From: an uncultured bacterium
GTDB taxonomy: Bacteria > Bipolaricaulota > Bipolaricaulia > UBA7950 > UBA9294
NCBI GenBank assembly: GCA_965370555.1
Contig: CBDUVB010000006.1
Location: 2,372 to 66,371 of the forward strand
Length of the DNA stretch: 64,000 bases
Direction of reading: 5' to 3'
Shown here: positions 1 through 9,072 of the stretch, piece after piece
Position numbering within the stretch: position 1 is the first letter of the stretch
Layout of the letters: every line of letters starts with the position of its first letter
Notes under the pieces: generated by a model
Database searches by the model: none
Told to the model about the DNA's origin: nothing
What the model saw: the letters and a program-made list of their open reading frames with translations, nothing else
Made by a program: the position numbers and the translations under genes

Positions 1-139
1 CGTCGAAGGTTCAGATCCCGGGGTAGCGTTGCGGTCAACCGTCTATGTCGACAAAAACATTGTTCTGACGGTACTGGGTAATACTGGGGATGCCTTGTGG
101 CCGCTGTACAAAGAGCTGGAGAAGATACTGAGTCTGTGA
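1..139 (+). CDS. 3' end of an upstream gene (partial, product unknown)
   Basis: Open frame from the window edge, ending ...LGNTGDALWPLYKELEKILSL with TGA at 137-139. The composition looks protein-like. Too short to assign a function. Confidence 0.3.
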   Translation, partial: VEGSDPGVALRSTVYVDKNIVLTVLGNTGDALWPLYKELEKILSL

Positions 140-213
140 AAGAATGGTGCTGATGGTGCAGGGCAGGCGCGTCGTCTCACCTGGCAGCGGGTGAGATCGG
201 TGCCGTTAGGGGG

Positions 214-250
214 TATAAATATTTCTAAACTATTTCAGAATTGAAGGAGG
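214..250 (+). promoter_or_regulatory. Putative -10 element (TATAAAT 214-220) and ribosome-binding site (AAGGAGG 244-250) for the CGGC-domain gene
   Basis: AT-rich TATAAAT in an otherwise GC-rich context. A strong Shine-Dalgarno lies 10 nt before the ATG at 261. Confidence 0.35.
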
Positions 251-260
251 AGTAAGGAAG

Positions 261-698
261 ATGAAGAAGATTGGCATAATCATCTGCAACCGTTACCATA
301 CTTGTGCGGGCGGGAAGTGTCTGCGAGCTTTACGAAACCGGGAGGGGGGCTTTGCTCTGTACAAGGGCGAAGAAGTTGAAATAGTGGGCTACACCACCTG
401 CGGAGGTTGTCCTGGTGGCAACGTAGAGTACGCTCCCGCGGAAATGAAAAAGAATGGAGCAGATGTCATCCATTTAGCTACGGGCTTAGTGGTCGGCTAC
501 CCACCCTGCCCACGCCTCCAGGCTTTCTGTGAATTTATTCCCGCTAAGTATGGGCTGGATGTGGTTATAGGCACTCATCCAATCCCGCAAAACTATTACT
601 TGACCCACCAAGAGTTAGGAACCTGGCAGTCGGCCAAATGGCAAGAACGTATTCAGCATGTCTTGACAGACGAAGAAACACGTCTGGCATACGATTGA
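261..698 (+). CDS. CGGC-domain protein
   Basis: 145 aa with a literal ...TTCGGCPGG... motif and a Cys pattern typical of CGGC-domain proteins. Strong RBS. Confidence 0.7.
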   Translation: MKKIGIIICNRYHTCAGGKCLRALRNREGGFALYKGEEVEIVGYTTCGGCPGGNVEYAPAEMKKNGADVIHLATGLVVGYPPCPRLQAFCEFIPAKYGLDVVIGTHPIPQNYYLTHQELGTWQSAKWQERIQHVLTDEETRLAYD

Positions 699-840
699 CA
701 ACATCAGGAAAGAGACAACTATGCGAAACTTGGTTGAAAAATGCAGTGAGCCGTCATAATCGGAGGCCAAACACTGCCTAATTGGCGTTAGATTTCAATC
801 ATGAACATCGGAGAGCGATGAAGAAATCCGAAAATGATGG

Positions 841-1560
841 ATGGGTGTTACTACCGCTATGAAGATCGCCCAAATCCTGCCGACGACGTTGATCGATTAT
901 CCAAATAGGGTGGCAGCGCTTATTTACACACCGCTGTGTAACTTTCGCTGTCCGTTCTGTCACAACTCCGAGCTGGTGCTGCCGGAGAAGATAAGAAAGC
1001 TGCAGCTCATCCCGGAGAACGATATTCTCTACTTCCTACGGGAGAGGGAGAAGTTTCTCGATGCCCTGTGCATCACTGGCGGTGAGCCGACACTACAGGA
1101 GGATCTCCCGCGCTTCATCGAGCGGGTAAAGCGAATTGGACTCCTCGTCAAGCTAGATACAAACGGCTCTCGTCCCGAGGTTCTTAAAGAGCTATTCGAT
1201 AACCATCTGCTCGATTACGTGGCAATGGATATCAAGGGGCCGGCGAAGAGGTATTCAGAGCTAGCCGGGGTGCACGTCGATCTCGACGCGGTCCGCTGCT
1301 CGATTAAACTGATCATCGACCGCGCACCGGACTACGAGTTTCGCACCACCGTCGCCCCGACGATCACCGCGAAAAATATCGAGGATACAGTGGAACTAGT
1401 GAAGGGAGCGAAGCGCTACTTCTTGCAGCAATTCGTCGTCCCGACGGACAAGGATCTCGTCGATCCGGCATGGAACAACAAGACCGCCCTGCCCGAGGGG
1501 GAGCTTCGTGCAGTCTGGGAGCGGATAAAAGGGAACTTCCACGACGGTGGAGTACGGTGA
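841..1560 (+). CDS. Radical SAM protein, glycyl-radical-enzyme / anaerobic RNR activase-like
   Basis: CNFRCPFC (CxxxCxxC) cluster near the N-terminus, followed by a GGEP-type motif (ITGGEPTLQ). Size 239 aa. Confidence 0.75.
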   Translation: MGVTTAMKIAQILPTTLIDYPNRVAALIYTPLCNFRCPFCHNSELVLPEKIRKLQLIPENDILYFLREREKFLDALCITGGEPTLQEDLPRFIERVKRIGLLVKLDTNGSRPEVLKELFDNHLLDYVAMDIKGPAKRYSELAGVHVDLDAVRCSIKLIIDRAPDYEFRTTVAPTITAKNIEDTVELVKGAKRYFLQQFVVPTDKDLVDPAWNNKTALPEGELRAVWERIKGNFHDGGVR

Positions 1561-1582
1561 GTCATGTCAGGTTTCTTCTGTA

Positions 1583-1605
1583 ACGTCGGGTCTTGCGCCC
1601 GACGT
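1583..1605. terminator. 8-bp GC-rich hairpin (ACGTCGGG-7nt-CCCGACGT) between the convergent radical-SAM and trpS genes
   Basis: Perfect inverted repeat seen in sequence. There is no clear U-tract on either strand, so terminator function is uncertain. Confidence 0.3.
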
Positions 1606-1723
1606 CAAATCAACGTCGCATACAGGTTGCAACGCTACGAAAGCTGATAGATAAAATCCTACCACTATTCTGTGCCCGAAGTGGTCGAGACCATCGGTAT
1701 CAACCTCGACCTCCCCGCTGAGG

Positions 1724-2713
1724 CTAACCCAGCCCGGCTAGCTTCCGCACCTGGACGATGTTCTCCCTTGCGATCGCGCGCGCCTTCTCTGCGCCTTGTT
1801 GGAGGATCTCCTCTACCTTACCCGATGCCTCAAGCTCAGCTCGACGGGCCTGAATCGGACGCAGGACCGCCATCAGGTTCTCGAACACGACATCCTTCAA
1901 ACGGGAGTACATGAGTTTCCCCTCCTCGAAGTCGGCGTGCAGTTCCGCGACGATCGATGGATCGCCCGAGAGCTCGGTAGCCAGTTCGAGGATCTCAAAC
2001 AGGGTCGCCACACCAGGGGACATCTCCTCTCCGGCGGCGAGGCCGGTGTCGGTGACGGCGGAGCGAACCTTCTTGCGGATCGAACTCTCTTCCTCCATCA
2101 CTCCCACATAGTGGGCGTCCCCAGCGCTCTTACTCATCTTGATCGTCGGATCGGCAAGGGACATGATGCGCGCTCCCTTCCCCACGATCGGCTCTGGCTC
2201 GGGAAAGAACTCCCCAAAGCGGGCGTTGAACCGTCGCGCGACGCGGCGGGAGAGCTCCAGGTGCTGCACTTGATCCTCGCCCACAGGAACCCCATCCGCA
2301 CGGTAGAGGAGGATATCCGCCGCCTGCAGGATCGGATAGGTGAACAGTCCTGCCGAGACGAACTTCTTGCCAGCGGACTTATCCTTGAACTGGGTCATCC
2401 TGGCCAAGTCGCCGTAGGAGGTGACGCAACCGAAGATCCACGTGAGTTCGGTATGCTCAGGAACGGCCGACTGCACAAAGAGGATTGCGCGTTCCGGGTC
2501 GATCCCGCAGGCGATCAGGTCGAGCGCCATGTTGCGCGATGCAGCACGCAACACCTTCGGATCGATGTCAATCGTTATCGCGTGATAGTCGACGATGCAA
2601 TAGACACACTCATAGTCGTCCTGGAGGGCGACCCAGTTTCGGATCGCCCCAAAGTAATTCCCGATGTGTAGTGTTCCGGTCGGTTGAATCCCGGAGAAGA
2701 TCCTCGTCGTCAT
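1724..2713 (-). CDS. trpS: Tryptophan--tRNA ligase
   Basis: N-terminal FSGIQPTG...HIGNY class-I HIGH-type motif and a KMSKS motif. 329 aa, typical TrpS length. Confidence 0.9.
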   Translation of the reverse strand: MTTRIFSGIQPTGTLHIGNYFGAIRNWVALQDDYECVYCIVDYHAITIDIDPKVLRAASRNMALDLIACGIDPERAILFVQSAVPEHTELTWIFGCVTSYGDLARMTQFKDKSAGKKFVSAGLFTYPILQAADILLYRADGVPVGEDQVQHLELSRRVARRFNARFGEFFPEPEPIVGKGARIMSLADPTIKMSKSAGDAHYVGVMEEESSIRKKVRSAVTDTGLAAGEEMSPGVATLFEILELATELSGDPSIVAELHADFEEGKLMYSRLKDVVFENLMAVLRPIQARRAELEASGKVEEILQQGAEKARAIARENIVQVRKLAGLG

Positions 2714-2741
2714 CGTCCACCTCCTTGATAGTCTATTTAAA

Positions 2742-2838
2742 AGCAGAGCCTGGGGTCAGACCTTGTTTCTTGCATGGCTCAATTCTCCCCAGAAGAAGAG
2801 ACGTGGCGGCCTCCACGCAAGAAACAACGTCAGACCCC
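2742..2838 (-). promoter_or_regulatory. Long imperfect inverted repeat (22-bp arms, 53-nt spacer) in the trpS 5' leader / trpS-glmU divergent region
   Basis: Arms ggggtcagaccttgtttcttgc (2742-2763) and gcaagaaacaacgtcagacccc (2817-2838) pair with 2 mismatches. The inner loop holds a second small hairpin. The structure ends 28 nt before the trpS ATG. Confidence 0.35.
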
Positions 2839-3024
2839 GAGATCTCTTCGCGCTCCCCGTTCCGCTTTCCCCCTCTCCCCTCGCTCAGCGTGCTCGGGGT
2901 GAAGGCTTTCTCGTGGCAACATTGTAGCCTACCGTTTCGGGAGTATACCGGTGCTGATCCCTCGGCTGCAACCACTTACTTGAACGCCTCCTCCTTTCTC
3001 GCGTATCATCCGTGTGGGAGTTCG

Positions 3025-4398
3025 ATGATAGACGACTTGAGTGCAATCATCCTGGCCGCTGGAAAGGGAACCCGCATGCGCTCGGCGCAGGCAAAGGTCC
3101 TCCACCGCGTCGGCGGGCGGCCTATCATCGACCATGTCCTTCGCGCAGTTTCGAAGATTGCCCCCTCACAAATACTCGTCATCGTTGGTAGAAATAACGA
3201 TGATCTGAAGGTGGAGCTGCAAGGGAAAAACGTCGAATTCGTCCTCCAGGAAGAGCAACTCGGGACCGGGCATGCCGTCCTGCAGGCACGCGGCAGGGCT
3301 CGTGGGCAGACGATCCTGATCGTACCGGGTGATCTCCCTCTCCTTACTCCACATCTTCTTGCCGATCTCTGCGAGCGCCATAGTGCGGATGGGGCCGATC
3401 TCACCGTGCTATCGATGCATCCAGAGGACCCTGGTGCCTATGGGCGTCTCCTGCGCGATAAGGGAAGACAGCCGATTCGGATTGTCGAGGCGCGCGACGC
3501 AACCTCGGACGAGCTCGAGATTCCAGAGGTGAACACCGGGATCTACTGTGTGAAGAACGATTCGTTCCTGTGGAAATCGCTCGCTTCACTGAAGACCAAG
3601 AATTCTCAAGGGGAGTACTACCTGACCGATCTTGTTAAACGGTACAGCACAGAGGGGCGGCGCGTCCTGGCTGTGCCTGTGCAGGACCCTCACAAGGTGA
3701 TGGGGATCAACTCGCGAGCGCAGCTCGTCCTTGCCGGTCGCCTGATGCGCCAACAAAAGATTGAAGAGCTCTTAACTTCCGGTGTGACGATCCTCGACCC
3801 GGAGCGAACCTACATCGATTCCGAGGTGGTGGTCGCTTCGGATACGGAGATACTTCCGGGCACGTATCTGCGCGGGAGAACCATAATCGGTTCGCGGTGC
3901 GTCATCGGCCCCGACTGCTTTATCGAGGATTCGACGATAGAGGAAGGGTGCTGCATCCGATATTCGGTGGTGGAGGCGTCCCTTATCCGCGCGAAGAGTC
4001 GCATAGGTCCCTACGCCCACCTTCGTCCAGGGGCGGATGTCGGGCCGGAGGTGCGGATCGGGAACTTTGTCGAGGTGAAGGAATCCCGCGTGAAGCGCGG
4101 GGCAAAGGCAGGGCACCTCACCTACCTCGGGGATAGCGAGGTAGGAGAAGAGGTGAACATCGGTGCGGGGACGATCACCTGTAACTACGACGGAGTGGAG
4201 AAACACCGCACGACGATCGAGGATCGGGCGTTCATCGGGAGCAACACCTCCCTCGTCGCCCCGGTCACGATCGGCGAGGGTGCGGTTATCGGCGCGGGAT
4301 CGACAATCACGGAAGATGTTCCGCCGGGGACCCTTGCCCTGGGGCGCGCCCGGCAGGTGAACAAGGAACACGAAGAGGATAAAGGAGAGGAGAGATGA
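3025..4398 (+). CDS. glmU: Bifunctional UDP-GlcNAc pyrophosphorylase / GlcN-1-P N-acetyltransferase
   Basis: N-terminal LAAGKGTRM nucleotidyltransferase motif and C-terminal left-handed beta-helix hexapeptide repeats. The ORF-track N-terminal extension (2485-3024) is low-complexity and overlaps trpS, so the start was moved to ATG 3025. Confidence 0.85.
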   Translation: MIDDLSAIILAAGKGTRMRSAQAKVLHRVGGRPIIDHVLRAVSKIAPSQILVIVGRNNDDLKVELQGKNVEFVLQEEQLGTGHAVLQARGRARGQTILIVPGDLPLLTPHLLADLCERHSADGADLTVLSMHPEDPGAYGRLLRDKGRQPIRIVEARDATSDELEIPEVNTGIYCVKNDSFLWKSLASLKTKNSQGEYYLTDLVKRYSTEGRRVLAVPVQDPHKVMGINSRAQLVLAGRLMRQQKIEELLTSGVTILDPERTYIDSEVVVASDTEILPGTYLRGRTIIGSRCVIGPDCFIEDSTIEEGCCIRYSVVEASLIRAKSRIGPYAHLRPGADVGPEVRIGNFVEVKESRVKRGAKAGHLTYLGDSEVGEEVNIGAGTITCNYDGVEKHRTTIEDRAFIGSNTSLVAPVTIGEGAVIGAGSTITEDVPPGTLALGRARQVNKEHEEDKGEER

Positions 4399-5351
4399 TC
4401 GGTAAGAAACTCAAGTTGATCTCTGGAAACGCGAATCGGCCTCTGGCGGAAGAGATCTCACACTCGCTTGGGATCGAGCTGTGCGATACCGCGATCGAGC
4501 GGTTCAGTGACGGAGAGATCCGGGTGCGGATTCGCAAGACGGTCCGAGGAGCAGACGTCTTTGTCATCCAACCGACATGCCCACCGGTGAACGATAACTT
4601 GATGGAACTCCTCATCATCATCGACGCCTTGCGCCGAGCCTCCGCGCGCAAGATTATCGCGGTCGTTCCCTATTACGGTTACGCGCGCCAGGACCGGAAA
4701 CACACGGGGCGCGTCCCGATTACGGCTCGGCTCGTTGCAAACTTGATCGAGACCGCTGGGGCTGACCATGGGCTGACGCTCGACCTCCACGCCGGCCAGA
4801 TACAGGGGTTCTTCAATATCCCGCTTGACAACCTCGAGGCCGCTCCGGTCTTCGCTCACTATTTCAAAGAGACGGTTAAGGACCCTGAAGAGACGGTGAT
4901 CGTCTCCCCGGATGCTGGCGGGACGGCGCGTGCACGCCTCCTTGCCGAGCGGGTCAACCTTCCTTTGGCAGTGTTGGAGAAGAGGCGTTCCGCAGATGGT
5001 GCGGAGGTGAAGGTGGTCAATGTCATCGGCGAGGTTGAGGGGAAGAGAGCGATCCTCGTTGACGATATCGTCTCTTCCGGGTGTACCCTGATCCGTGGGG
5101 CACAGACCCTCCTCGACCACGGGGCGACCGAGACGTCCGCCTACTGTGCCCACGGGGTCTTCTCTGGAGACGCTCTCGATGCGTTGGTAAACTCCCCCTT
5201 GAAAAAGGTAGTCGTAACCAATACCATTTTTCAGCAGCGGGCGGAGAAGAGCGACATTGTAGAGTACATTCCGGTGGGAGAACACCTGGCAAAGACTATC
5301 CGCCGGATCTTCGAGAACAAATCTGTCAGCCACCTTTTCCCTCACAATTAG
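4395..5351 (+). CDS. prs: Ribose-phosphate pyrophosphokinase
   Basis: Prs family signature (…VVPYYGYARQDRK…, PRPP-binding loop). ATGA overlap with the glmU stop. Confidence 0.9.
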   Translation: MIGKKLKLISGNANRPLAEEISHSLGIELCDTAIERFSDGEIRVRIRKTVRGADVFVIQPTCPPVNDNLMELLIIIDALRRASARKIIAVVPYYGYARQDRKHTGRVPITARLVANLIETAGADHGLTLDLHAGQIQGFFNIPLDNLEAAPVFAHYFKETVKDPEETVIVSPDAGGTARARLLAERVNLPLAVLEKRRSADGAEVKVVNVIGEVEGKRAILVDDIVSSGCTLIRGAQTLLDHGATETSAYCAHGVFSGDALDALVNSPLKKVVVTNTIFQQRAEKSDIVEYIPVGEHLAKTIRRIFENKSVSHLFPHN

Positions 5352-5369
5352 TCAGGTTCAGGAGTCGAT

Positions 5370-6017
5370 ATGTCAACATTGGAAGCAAAGGTACGACCAG
5401 TTGGAAAGGCGAATGCCCTGCGCAGGATGGGGTGGATCCCGGCCGTCGTCTATGGGCCGACCATGGAAACGATCTCCATTGCGATCGAGCGCAAGAAGCT
5501 ACAGGCCCTCTTCTCTCAGATTACGCGCAGCTCGCACATCGATCTTTCGATCAGCGATCATGCAGATGAGAAGGGTCTCGACGTCTTCGTCAAGCGAACT
5601 CAGTACGATTCGGTCACGGATGAGGTGCTCCACGTCGATTTTTACCATCCCGATACCGAGAAACCACTGCGGCTCCACGTTCCTATCAAGGTTGTAGGGG
5701 AGTCGGTAGGGGTCAAGGCGGGTGGAGTGTTGAACGTCCTTTTTGATACGGTACGCGTACACGGCATGGCCAAGGATATCCCGAGCTTGATCACCCTCGA
5801 TGCGAGTGACCTCGATCTAGGGGAGGCAATTCGGGTGAAAGACGTCGATCTTGGCGAGGTGACGCCACTTCTCTCACCGGAACGAGCACTGGTAACGATC
5901 GTTGCCCCACGCGGAATCGAAGTTGAGGAGATCGAGGCCGAAGAAGAACTCCTCGAGGAAGAGACTGAGGGTGAAGAGACTGCTGCTGCCGAGGAGGAGA
6001 GCGAAGAGTCCACGTAA
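5370..6017 (+). CDS. rplY: 50S ribosomal protein L25 / general stress protein Ctc
   Basis: L25/Ctc family N-terminal domain with an acidic C-terminal tail. glmU-prs-ctc-pth is a conserved gene order. Confidence 0.8.
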   Translation: MSTLEAKVRPVGKANALRRMGWIPAVVYGPTMETISIAIERKKLQALFSQITRSSHIDLSISDHADEKGLDVFVKRTQYDSVTDEVLHVDFYHPDTEKPLRLHVPIKVVGESVGVKAGGVLNVLFDTVRVHGMAKDIPSLITLDASDLDLGEAIRVKDVDLGEVTPLLSPERALVTIVAPRGIEVEEIEAEEELLEEETEGEETAAAEEESEEST

Positions 6018-6027
6018 AGAAGACGGA

Positions 6028-6621
6028 TTGAAGGCCGTCTTCGGACTGGGAAATCCAGGGATTGAGTACGCCCTCACACGGCATAATGTCGGTTTCTCGG
6101 TGATCGACCTCTACCGCAAGGCACTCTGTCATGGAGAGAAAGGGAGGATCTTATCTTCCTCCCTTGTCTATCAAACCGAGAATCTTCTCCTGATCAAGCC
6201 AATGACGTACATGAACGCAAGCGGGGAGGCAGTCTCGGCAATTATAGATCGGTTCAAGCTCGCTTTTCCTGACGTGCTAATCATCTACGACGACCTCGAT
6301 CTGCCCCTCGGGCGGATGCGAATCCTCCCCAAAGGCGGCGCAGGAACGCACAAAGGGATGCTCTCCATCCTCGAAGTTCTTGGAACGGAGGCTATACCAC
6401 GGTTGCGGATCGGTATTGGTGTGGAATCGAGATCTCAGGATACGGTTGACTACGTCCTTGGCCGTTTCATGCCCCGTGAATGGGAGGAACTTACCCCGAT
6501 CCTCGAACGGAGCGTCGATGCAATTGAGGCCTTTCGCACTCAGGATATCGATACGGTGATGACCCGTTTCAACCAACGGGGGCCCGCAGTTGTGAACGAC
6601 GGTGGGGACACTATACTTTAA
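6028..6621 (+). CDS. pth: Peptidyl-tRNA hydrolase
   Basis: GLGNPG motif and NxGF of Pth. The start is placed at an in-frame TTG (6028) just after the rplY stop. The ORF-track upstream extension overlaps rplY and is basic and low-complexity. Confidence 0.75.
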   Translation: MKAVFGLGNPGIEYALTRHNVGFSVIDLYRKALCHGEKGRILSSSLVYQTENLLLIKPMTYMNASGEAVSAIIDRFKLAFPDVLIIYDDLDLPLGRMRILPKGGAGTHKGMLSILEVLGTEAIPRLRIGIGVESRSQDTVDYVLGRFMPREWEELTPILERSVDAIEAFRTQDIDTVMTRFNQRGPAVVNDGGDTIL

Positions 6622-6653
6622 AGACTAAAAGAGGTTTTTCTTAGGAGGCGCAG

Positions 6654-9071
6654 ATGTACGATCGGTTCTCGCGTGAGTCGATGGAGATCATTGCGATCTC
6701 TCAGGAAGAAGCAGAGGAGTGGCGCCACAGCTATGTGGGGACCGAACACCTTCTTCTTGCCTTCTTGAAGGTAAAAGGAGGCGATGTTCAGCGCTTCCTG
6801 ACCTCCCACGGGACGACCTATGACAAGGTGGCGGCCCTGTTGGAATCGGAGAAGGGACACGGAGAGGTACGCCTCTCCGCCGACGACCTTGAGCCGACCC
6901 CCCGCCTGAAGCACGTGATGAAGATCAGCTTCGAGGAGGCGCGCCGCGCTGGGTTGAACACGATCCGCCCCGAGCACCTGTTGATGGGTATGTTGCGCGA
7001 AGGGGAAGGGACCGGGGCGGCGATCCTCCTCCACCTGGGACTCGATCTCAACAAGACCCGCGCGTACTTCCTCCCCTCTGCCGGGGTGGGGATGGCTCTC
7101 CGTTCCTCCCGTCGTCCGCAGAAAAAGGGGGACCTCTCCGATTTCGGCCGTAACCTGATCGAGGAGGCCGCAGCCGGGAGACTTGATCCGGTGATCGGCC
7201 GTGACGAGGAGATGGAACGGATCATCCAGACACTCACCCGGAGGAAGAAGAATAACCCCGTACTGATCGGTGAATCCGGGGTGGGGAAGACAGCGATCGT
7301 CGAAGGTCTAGCGCAGAGGATCGCGGATGGAGACGTCCCCTCGCTCCTCCGCTCCAAGGAGATCCTCGAACTGGATATGGCGTCGATAGTTGCCGGCACT
7401 AAGTACCGTGGGGAGTTCGAGCAACGGCTGAAAACGTTGATCAATCAGGTGATGGAGTCCAATAATATCATCCTCTTCCTCGACGAGATGCAGACAGTTG
7501 TCGGTGCCGGTGGGGCCGAAGGGGCGATCGACGCCTCCTCGATCCTGAAGCCGCCTCTCGCCTCCGGGGCGCTACAGTGCATCGGGACGGCTACCCTTGA
7601 CGAGTATCGCAAATCGGTGGAGAAGGACCCCGCTCTAAAACGACGATTTAAGACGATCCTCGTAGAGGAACCAACGGTTGAGGCGACGGTCAAGATCTTA
7701 GAAGGGCTGCGCCCTCATTACGAAAGGCACCATGGGGTCACTATTACCGATGATGCTCTCTATCAAGCTGCCCGCCTCTCCGATCGCTATGTGACCGATC
7801 AGTTCCTCCCTGACAAGGCGATCGACCTAATCGACGAGACCGCGGCCCGGATCAAGCTTCAGAGCTCCCTCCTTCCCGATGACCTGCGAGAATTACTGGC
7901 GGATATGAACGACCTCGATGAGCAGGAGCACCAGGCGGTCAGCGTGCAGGAGTACGAGACCGCGGCCCAGCTGCGTGACCAAAAGAAGGATGTTGCCCGC
8001 GCGATCGACCATACAGGCAAAAATTCATTTAAGGCAACCGACCTGCAGGCGACTGGAAAGGATATTGCCCAGGTCGTCTCCATGTGGACCGGTGTGCCTA
8101 TCGGCCATGTGCAGGAGAAAGAGACGATTCGATTGGTCCACATGGAAGAGAAGATCCACGAGCGACTGATCGGCCAGGGCGATGCGGTGGAGGCGATCTC
8201 ACGCTCGATCCGTCGCGCCTACGCCGGGGTGAAGAACCCGCGGCGGCCAGTCGGCGTCTTCATGTTCCTTGGCCCGACCGGGGTGGGGAAGACCGAGCTC
8301 TCCAAGACCTTGGCCGAGTTCTTGTTCGGGGATGAGGATGCACTGATCCGCGTCGATATGTCAGAGTATATGGAGCGTTTTTCCGTATCTCGCCTCACCG
8401 GGGCCCCTCCGGGATACGTCGGTTACGAGGAGGCCGGCGAGCTGACGGAAAAGGTCCGCCACCGCCCCTATTCGGTGATCCTGTTCGATGAGATCGAAAA
8501 GGCACACCACGACGTGTTCAACATCCTACTGCAGGTGATGGAGGACGGGATCCTCACCGATTCACAAGGAAGGAGGATAGACTTCCGCAACACCGTCCTT
8601 ATCATGACCTCGAACGTGGGGAGCGAGATGATCACCGACCGAGACACCCTTGGGTTCAGCGACACCGAGGTCGATTCCGCGGAGTCCTACCAGGGTATGA
8701 AAGATAGGGTGTTAGGTGAAGTGCACAAGTCATTCCGCCCGGAGTTCATGAACAGGCTCGACGACCTGATCGTCTTCCATCAGTTGACAAAAGATCAGGT
8801 ATTGGAGATCGCCGACCTTATGCTCGGTGAGTTGAAGGAGCGCCTGTTGGAGGAGCACGGGATCACTCTCACCTTTGATAACTCAGCGAACGAGGTCTTG
8901 ATCGAGAAGGGTTACGATGCAAGATACGGCGCCCGCCCGATGCGCCGCACGATCGAACGTCTGATCGAGAACCCGATCTCGGAGCTGATCCTTTCAGGGA
9001 CGTTCGGCCGCGGCTCGGTTATTCTCGCTGCGGCGGATGGGGAGGAAATAGCGTTCTCCAAAGGGGAGTAG
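6654..9071 (+). CDS. clpC: ATP-dependent Clp protease ATP-binding subunit ClpC (two AAA+ modules, double Clp-N repeat, UVR-like linker)
   Basis: Clp-N repeats at the N-terminus, two Walker A motifs ([16 protein letters not shown]) and the ClpA/B signature. 805 aa. Confidence 0.9.
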   Translation: MYDRFSRESMEIIAISQEEAEEWRHSYVGTEHLLLAFLKVKGGDVQRFLTSHGTTYDKVAALLESEKGHGEVRLSADDLEPTPRLKHVMKISFEEARRAGLNTIRPEHLLMGMLREGEGTGAAILLHLGLDLNKTRAYFLPSAGVGMALRSSRRPQKKGDLSDFGRNLIEEAAAGRLDPVIGRDEEMERIIQTLTRRKKNNPVLIGESGVGKTAIVEGLAQRIADGDVPSLLRSKEILELDMASIVAGTKYRGEFEQRLKTLINQVMESNNIILFLDEMQTVVGAGGAEGAIDASSILKPPLASGALQCIGTATLDEYRKSVEKDPALKRRFKTILVEEPTVEATVKILEGLRPHYERHHGVTITDDALYQAARLSDRYVTDQFLPDKAIDLIDETAARIKLQSSLLPDDLRELLADMNDLDEQEHQAVSVQEYETAAQLRDQKKDVARAIDHTGKNSFKATDLQATGKDIAQVVSMWTGVPIGHVQEKETIRLVHMEEKIHERLIGQGDAVEAISRSIRRAYAGVKNPRRPVGVFMFLGPTGVGKTELSKTLAEFLFGDEDALIRVDMSEYMERFSVSRLTGAPPGYVGYEEAGELTEKVRHRPYSVILFDEIEKAHHDVFNILLQVMEDGILTDSQGRRIDFRNTVLIMTSNVGSEMITDRDTLGFSDTEVDSAESYQGMKDRVLGEVHKSFRPEFMNRLDDLIVFHQLTKDQVLEIADLMLGELKERLLEEHGITLTFDNSANEVLIEKGYDARYGARPMRRTIERLIENPISELILSGTFGRGSVILAAADGEEIAFSKGE

Positions 9072-9072
9072 A

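Noticed and set aside
2485-3024. N-terminal 180-aa extension of the glmU ORF, and similar upstream extensions of gdh2 (14574-14753), the nucleotidyltransferase (15944-16069), pth (5902-6027), AlaX (25160-25324), the GH (48678-48896) and the membrane protein (59661-59804)
   Set aside because: The extensions overlap upstream genes, are Arg/Ser/Pro-rich, lack homology to the family, and internal start codons with good RBS or overlap coupling exist. Starts were moved downstream.
2714-3024. T-box riboswitch upstream of trpS
   Set aside because: No recognisable T-box consensus (AATTAGGGTGGNACCGCG) or clear specifier-loop architecture was found by eye. Kept only as an unexplained leader structure in findings.
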